A stretch of 64,000 bases of DNA, taken from Thermodesulfobacteriota bacterium. GTDB lineage: Bacteria; Desulfobacterota_D; UBA1144. This document shows, piece by piece, positions 59,761 through 64,000 of this stretch. Position 1 is the first letter of the stretch. Every line of letters starts with the position of its first letter. The stretch covers positions 68,088 through 132,087 of the forward strand of contig JAURPH010000006.1 of assembly GCA_030835345.1 (NCBI GenBank), given 5' to 3'. A program made the position numbers and the translations under genes. The notes beneath the pieces were generated by a model. The model was not told the DNA's origin, did not search any database, and worked only from the letters and a program-made list of their open reading frames with translations.

Positions 59761-60258
59761 ATGAAATTTTTAAATATTATTAGACACGGTGAGGCAGAGA
59801 ATGCCCTGATGAAAAATGATTTCGAGAGAGAGCTTTCATCAAATGGTCATGAGGATTTAAAAGAACTTAATAAGTTTTTATTTCAATTTTTATTTAAAAA
59901 ACATAAAATTTTATGTTCTTCAGCAAAAAGAACAATTCAAACATATGACAATCTCAAGTATTCACTTAATGAAGATAGCAGGTTAATCTTGACGGATGAT
60001 TTATATCTAGCAAATCTTAAAACTATCAATAGTTTGTTATTAGAACATAGCAAATCCAGAATGATAACAATAATTGGACACAATCCTGGTATTAGTGATC
60101 TTATTAGCTATTTCACTGCAAATTACGAGGTCCCTGATTTAGGTACATCTTCAGCTGCACAAATATATTTTGATAATGAAAAAAGAGTTGGTGAAGGTGA
60201 GGGCAGTATAAAATTTATTATTCAATCCATAGATAATAATATTAAATCAATAATTTAA
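59761..60258 (+). CDS. sixA: Phosphohistidine phosphatase SixA-like
   Basis: RHGEA, D..R.L...G, SSA.RT.QT, LY.A, GHNPG. Confidence 0.88.
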   Translation: MKFLNIIRHGEAENALMKNDFERELSSNGHEDLKELNKFLFQFLFKKHKILCSSAKRTIQTYDNLKYSLNEDSRLILTDDLYLANLKTINSLLLEHSKSRMITIIGHNPGISDLISYFTANYEVPDLGTSSAAQIYFDNEKRVGEGEGSIKFIIQSIDNNIKSII

Positions 60259-60279
60259 GTTTATTATTTATGTATATTA

Positions 60280-60750
60280 ATGGTAGGAATTAATATTATG
60301 TCAGAGTTAGAAACTAAAAAAAAATCAGTTCTTTTCGTCTGTATTCATAATTCTGCAAGAAGCCAAATGGCGGAAGCTTTTTTAAAAGATTTATCAAACA
60401 ATTTCAAAGTTGATAGCGCAGGAATTTCTCCTGGTGAATTAAATAAATTAGTAGTAAAAAGTTTGAAAGAAATTAAAATCGATATTTCGAATAATAAAAC
60501 AAAGTCTGTTGAATCACTTTTATTAAATAAAAGCGAATATGATTTTTTTATCTTTGTATGCAGCGAATCACAAGGTCAAAAATGTCCTATAATTCCATAT
60601 AAAACTACGAAAATATATTGGGATATAGAAGATCCTTCTACCCTTAAAGGAAATGAAAATGAAAAAATAATACAAATAAGGAAAATTAGAGACAAAATAA
60701 AAGGTAAAGTTCATGAATTTATAGCTACCTACAGTGCTAAGAAAAATTAA
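60280..60750 (+). CDS. arsC: Thioredoxin-dependent arsenate reductase / LMW-PTP family (start may be 60298)
   Basis: CIHNSARSQMAEA, SAG, VC......CP, W..EDP, RD.I. Confidence 0.88.
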   Translation: MVGINIMSELETKKKSVLFVCIHNSARSQMAEAFLKDLSNNFKVDSAGISPGELNKLVVKSLKEIKIDISNNKTKSVESLLLNKSEYDFFIFVCSESQGQKCPIIPYKTTKIYWDIEDPSTLKGNENEKIIQIRKIRDKIKGKVHEFIATYSAKKN

Positions 60751-62576
60751 ACTATTTGATTTTTAGTCTTAGCGAATCTTTTTCTTTCATTAGGACAAAG
60801 AAATTTTTTCCTTAATCTAAGGTTTTTAGGAGTGACCTCTAAACATTCATCATCATTAAGGTAAGCCATGGTTTGTTCTAAAGACATTAAACGCGGAGGT
60901 GTAAGCATTATATTTTTATCACTACCAGCTGCCCTTACATTTGTTAATTTCTTCCCTTTTAGAATGTTAACTTCTAAATCATTTTCTTTGCTATTTTCTC
61001 CAACTATCATTCCTCCGTATACATTTGTCTGAGGTTTTACAAACATGGTTCCTCTATCTTGTAAGTTAAAAATTGCATAAGAGACAGCAGTTCCTGTATC
61101 CATTGCTATCAATGCACCATTTTTTCTTCCTTGAATAGTGCCCTTAAAGGGCTCATATTTTTTAAAAATTCTATTTAAAACACCAGTACCTTTAGTCTCA
61201 GTTAAGAATTTATTTTGGTATCCAATTAAACCACGAGAGGGAGCATTAAAAATAATTCTTGTTTTATTTTTTTCAGATGTAGTCATATCAACCATTTCTG
61301 CTTTCCTTTTTATCATGCTATCTACTATTGAATTAGAATATTCTTCATCAATGTCAATTGTAACTTCCTCTATAGGTTCTGATATTTCCCCTTGGTCATC
61401 CTTACGAAATAAGACCTGTGGTCTCGATACTGTGAGTTCAAATCCTTCTCTTCTCATTGTTTCAATTAGAACACCTAATTGAAGCTCACCTCTGCCACTG
61501 ATCACAAAAGAATCTTTATTAGCATTCTCTGAAAAAGATATCGCAACATTTGTCTCAGCTTCAGCCAATAATCTCTCTCTTATCAAAGTTGATGTCAGCT
61601 TGTTACCCTCTAGTCCGGATAATGGAGAATCATTTATAGAAATAGTAATAGACATAGTCGGAGGATCAATTGGTGTAGTTTTAAGAGGATTTTCATGAGA
61701 AATATCGCAAATTGTATCTGCTACAGAGGCTTTTGTTAGTCCAGCTATACAAATAATATCTCCAGGGTTTACAACATTTACTGGGGTTCTGTTCATTCCC
61801 TCGAATTTATATAATTTTGTTAAACGACCGTTTTCTACCAAATTTCCATTCAAATCAATAGCTTTTACAGAGCTATTAACTTTTGAACTTCCTTGATAAA
61901 CTTTTCCTACTAAACATCTTCCTACATATTCATCAGAATCTAAGAGAGTTACTAGCATAGCAAAAGGTTCATCTTTCTTTATGTTTGGCGCCTTTACATG
62001 TTGAATGACTAAATCAAGTAGTGGTCCAACTCCATCTCTATTATCAGTCAATTCTTTTACACACCAACCGTCCCTACCAGAGGCATAAAGAACTGGGAAA
62101 TCAAGTTGTTCATCATTAGCATCCAGAGATACAAATAAATCAAATATTTCATCCAGAACCTCATCTGGCCTCGAATCTTTTTTATCTACTTTATTAATAA
62201 CAACTATGGGTCTTAAGCCTAAATTTAAAGCTTTGCCTAAAACAAATTTTGTCTGGGGCATTGGTCCTTCAGATGCATCAATTAACAAAATGACTCCATC
62301 TGTCATATCTAAAACTCTTTCTACTTCGCCACCGAAATCTGCATGTCCAGGGGTATCTATTATGTTTATATTTATATCTCTCCAGTTTATAGATGTAGGT
62401 TTGGCAAGTATAGTAATGCCTCGTTCTTTTTCTAGGTCGCCTGAATCCATTAACCTTTCATCAACTTTCTGATGATCTTCAAAGACTCCGGTTTGTTTAA
62501 GTATCGAATCAATTAGAGTTGTTTTTCCATGATCAACATGTGCAATTATTGCAATATTTCGTATTTTTTCACTCAT
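60747..62576 (-). CDS. typA: Translational GTPase TypA/BipA
   Basis: [67 protein letters not shown]. Confidence 0.97.
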   Translation of the reverse strand: MSEKIRNIAIIAHVDHGKTTLIDSILKQTGVFEDHQKVDERLMDSGDLEKERGITILAKPTSINWRDININIIDTPGHADFGGEVERVLDMTDGVILLIDASEGPMPQTKFVLGKALNLGLRPIVVINKVDKKDSRPDEVLDEIFDLFVSLDANDEQLDFPVLYASGRDGWCVKELTDNRDGVGPLLDLVIQHVKAPNIKKDEPFAMLVTLLDSDEYVGRCLVGKVYQGSSKVNSSVKAIDLNGNLVENGRLTKLYKFEGMNRTPVNVVNPGDIICIAGLTKASVADTICDISHENPLKTTPIDPPTMSITISINDSPLSGLEGNKLTSTLIRERLLAEAETNVAISFSENANKDSFVISGRGELQLGVLIETMRREGFELTVSRPQVLFRKDDQGEISEPIEEVTIDIDEEYSNSIVDSMIKRKAEMVDMTTSEKNKTRIIFNAPSRGLIGYQNKFLTETKGTGVLNRIFKKYEPFKGTIQGRKNGALIAMDTGTAVSYAIFNLQDRGTMFVKPQTNVYGGMIVGENSKENDLEVNILKGKKLTNVRAAGSDKNIMLTPPRLMSLEQTMAYLNDDECLEVTPKNLRLRKKFLCPNERKRFAKTKNQIV

Positions 62577-62639
62577 AAAATCACTATAAAAGGTGACCTT
62601 AGGTTAAACAAAAGATTCTAATATTACAAATAGAAATTA

Positions 62640-63485
62640 TTATTGTTCAGTAACTGTTACATTTACTGAAAAATATGGTGCAACACTTGAAATGTTATCG
62701 CATCCACTTGATGCATCTGACCATTCAATGGCTATAGCATTAGTTCCTTTAAAAAACATTTCAACTTCAACTATGCTGTTTTCTGTAACTACTATAGGTG
62801 ATGATAAAGTAATTATAGCTCTAATTTCTGCAACTGCAGCAGCACTTGTTGCCCTTGTCCCATCAGATGCAAGAAGTTCAACATCATAAACTGACCCACC
62901 TTCTGTAACCTTATAGAGGGAACTGCAGGGACTACCGGCCGATGGTGAGTTATCTCCACAATTTGAATCAAAAGATCCTGATCCTAAAAGATTGTTCATA
63001 ACAATATCTACAGTCGTTTTATTAGAAAGAGTATCAATATCTGAGCTAGCCATAGCAAAAACATTACTAGTAGCTCCTGCTGTAACACAGGAAAAGCCAT
63101 CAGCAGTAGTTATACCACCTTTGATGGAAACTGTTGGCAACATATAGCCTCTAAAGTGAGTATAAGTGCCAGGCTTTATCATACCTTTGTTGATATTTGG
63201 CAAGTAGTTTATAGAGCTTCCTCCACCAATATCACCAGACTGATTCCCAGTCTTAAGTACCCATGTAGCACTTGCTGTATTTCCATATTTGGTATCGGAT
63301 CCAGCAACATTATAGAATTCTCCTTTAGTAAGTGTTACTGTAAGGACCTCAGCATCTGTTGTACAACTATCATCTTCATCAGCAGCAATATTTGCTCTAG
63401 TTGTGGTTGATGCACAAACAAATTCTGCATGAGAGTTAAGGTTAAATAATAAAAGAACTACAAAAAAATAAAGAAAATATTTCAT
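62640..63485 (-). CDS. Secreted Ser/Thr/Gly-rich beta protein with six Cys (DUF4382-like fold suspected)
   Basis: Signal peptide ending NSHA, PGTYTHFR motif, terminal beta-strand FSVNVTVTEQ; AGGAG SD overlapping the upstream stop. Confidence 0.7.
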   Translation of the reverse strand: MKYFLYFFVVLLLFNLNSHAEFVCASTTTRANIAADEDDSCTTDAEVLTVTLTKGEFYNVAGSDTKYGNTASATWVLKTGNQSGDIGGGSSINYLPNINKGMIKPGTYTHFRGYMLPTVSIKGGITTADGFSCVTAGATSNVFAMASSDIDTLSNKTTVDIVMNNLLGSGSFDSNCGDNSPSAGSPCSSLYKVTEGGSVYDVELLASDGTRATSAAAVAEIRAIITLSSPIVVTENSIVEVEMFFKGTNAIAIEWSDASSGCDNISSVAPYFSVNVTVTEQ

Positions 63486-63494
63486 AAATTACTC

Positions 63495-64000
63495 CTAGTT
63501 GCCAGAAAGCTTAAATGCTCCATTTTTAGACCTCTCAACCATTATTTTATTATTCCTTCTTACTTTTTTAAGAAGAGTGTCCTTTACATCTCTTTTACCA
63601 AATGCTCTACCAGAGAATGGTTCAGAATAAGTACCAAAGAGAGTAGGGCCAGTATTAGGTTGAAGTTTATATGTTATTTTAGCAAACCAATAGTTTTGAT
63701 CTATTCCATCAGATTGCCTATCATCGTTATATCCTGCTTCTAAATCTATATTGTCGTGCAAGGCAAGTTCAGCACTATATCTAAAACCGTAAGGATCTTC
63801 ACCTAGATAACCTTGATATTTATAATATGAAAGGAAAGCTTTAGTCCATGGTAAATATGGAATAGGGTGGCCAATTTCTACATCAAAACCATCTAGTGCT
63901 TTTTCCGTTCCATTTACATTATCGATCTTAATAGTTTTCTTTCCACTTAATGCTTCATAGTAATTAAAATTCAAATCTAATAAATCTTTCTTCATTTCAA
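63495..64000 (-). CDS. Inverse autotransporter (intimin/invasin-type) beta-barrel protein, 5'-truncated by the window edge, no passenger domain
   Basis: Frame open to the edge; D.N.NYY..LSG, E.ALDGFD.E....PYLPW, Y.Y.G, linker signature L.KV.RNN.I..E, then stop 10 aa later. Confidence 0.8.
   Translation of the reverse strand, partial: EMKKDLLDLNFNYYEALSGKKTIKIDNVNGTEKALDGFDVEIGHPIPYLPWTKAFLSYYKYQGYLGEDPYGFRYSAELALHDNIDLEAGYNDDRQSDGIDQNYWFAKITYKLQPNTGPTLFGTYSEPFSGRAFGKRDVKDTLLKKVRRNNKIMVERSKNGAFKLSGN

Noticed and set aside
62590-62600. Palindrome AAGGTGACCTT upstream of typA
   Set aside because: Only 5-bp arms with a 1-nt centre; it cannot form a terminator and no second copy was noticed to support an operator.
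1280-63410. Numerous 60-150 aa ORFs in the track that are antisense or out-of-frame within larger genes (e.g. 9725-10069, 50900-51355, 52246-52677, 61138-61482)
   Set aside because: They lie within well-conserved genes, have no recognisable motifs or SDs, and are typical shadow ORFs.
1-64000. tRNA, rRNA, riboswitch or CRISPR array
   Set aside because: Intergenic gaps are almost all under 90 nt. The two longest (46894-47045, 58215-58349) show no cloverleaf, known aptamer or repeat-spacer pattern by eye; not verified with Infernal or tRNAscan.

Overview
AT-rich (by eye about 30% GC, not computed), very compact bacterial chromosome segment from a streamlined, probably marine photoheterotroph. 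Gene order and sequence style are deltaproteobacterial-like: rpsD lies in the alpha operon, adk-map-infA follow secY, and the blocks ftsH-folP-glmM-pdxJ-acpS and xerD-S2P-scpA-scpB are present. Together with proteorhodopsin this suggests a marine Dadabacteria-like lineage (inference, needs phylogeny). Left to right: (1) 3' half of a green-type proteorhodopsin plus crtI-crtB-crtY-blh, a hypothetical gene and purD; (2) a contiguous str-S10-spc-alpha ribosomal superoperon lacking rpmD and rpmJ, running into an LLM-class oxidoreductase; (3) housekeeping genes including a ccdA/malic enzyme/PCYCGC/TlpA/CcmH/class II photolyase block, pepA, ilvE, der, ybeY, scpAB, xerD, ahcY, metK, rpe, a DnaC-like ATPase, folate/PLP genes, ftsH and cysK; (4) an accessory-looking right end with small envelope genes, sixA, arsC, typA and a passenger-less inverse-autotransporter barrel coupled to a secreted Cys-rich protein. 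No rRNA, tRNA, CRISPR or IS element was seen. The most notable observations are: the split inverse-autotransporter/partner pair; in-place loss of metal-binding cysteines in S4 and S14; -10 hexamers 5-9 nt upstream of start codons (leaderless mRNAs) at most operon heads; a likely ATT start for crtB; a 50-aa acidic N-terminal extension on L3; a CcmH-like PCYCGC protein in a thiol-relay cluster; and twin basic RNG hairpin insertions in XerD.
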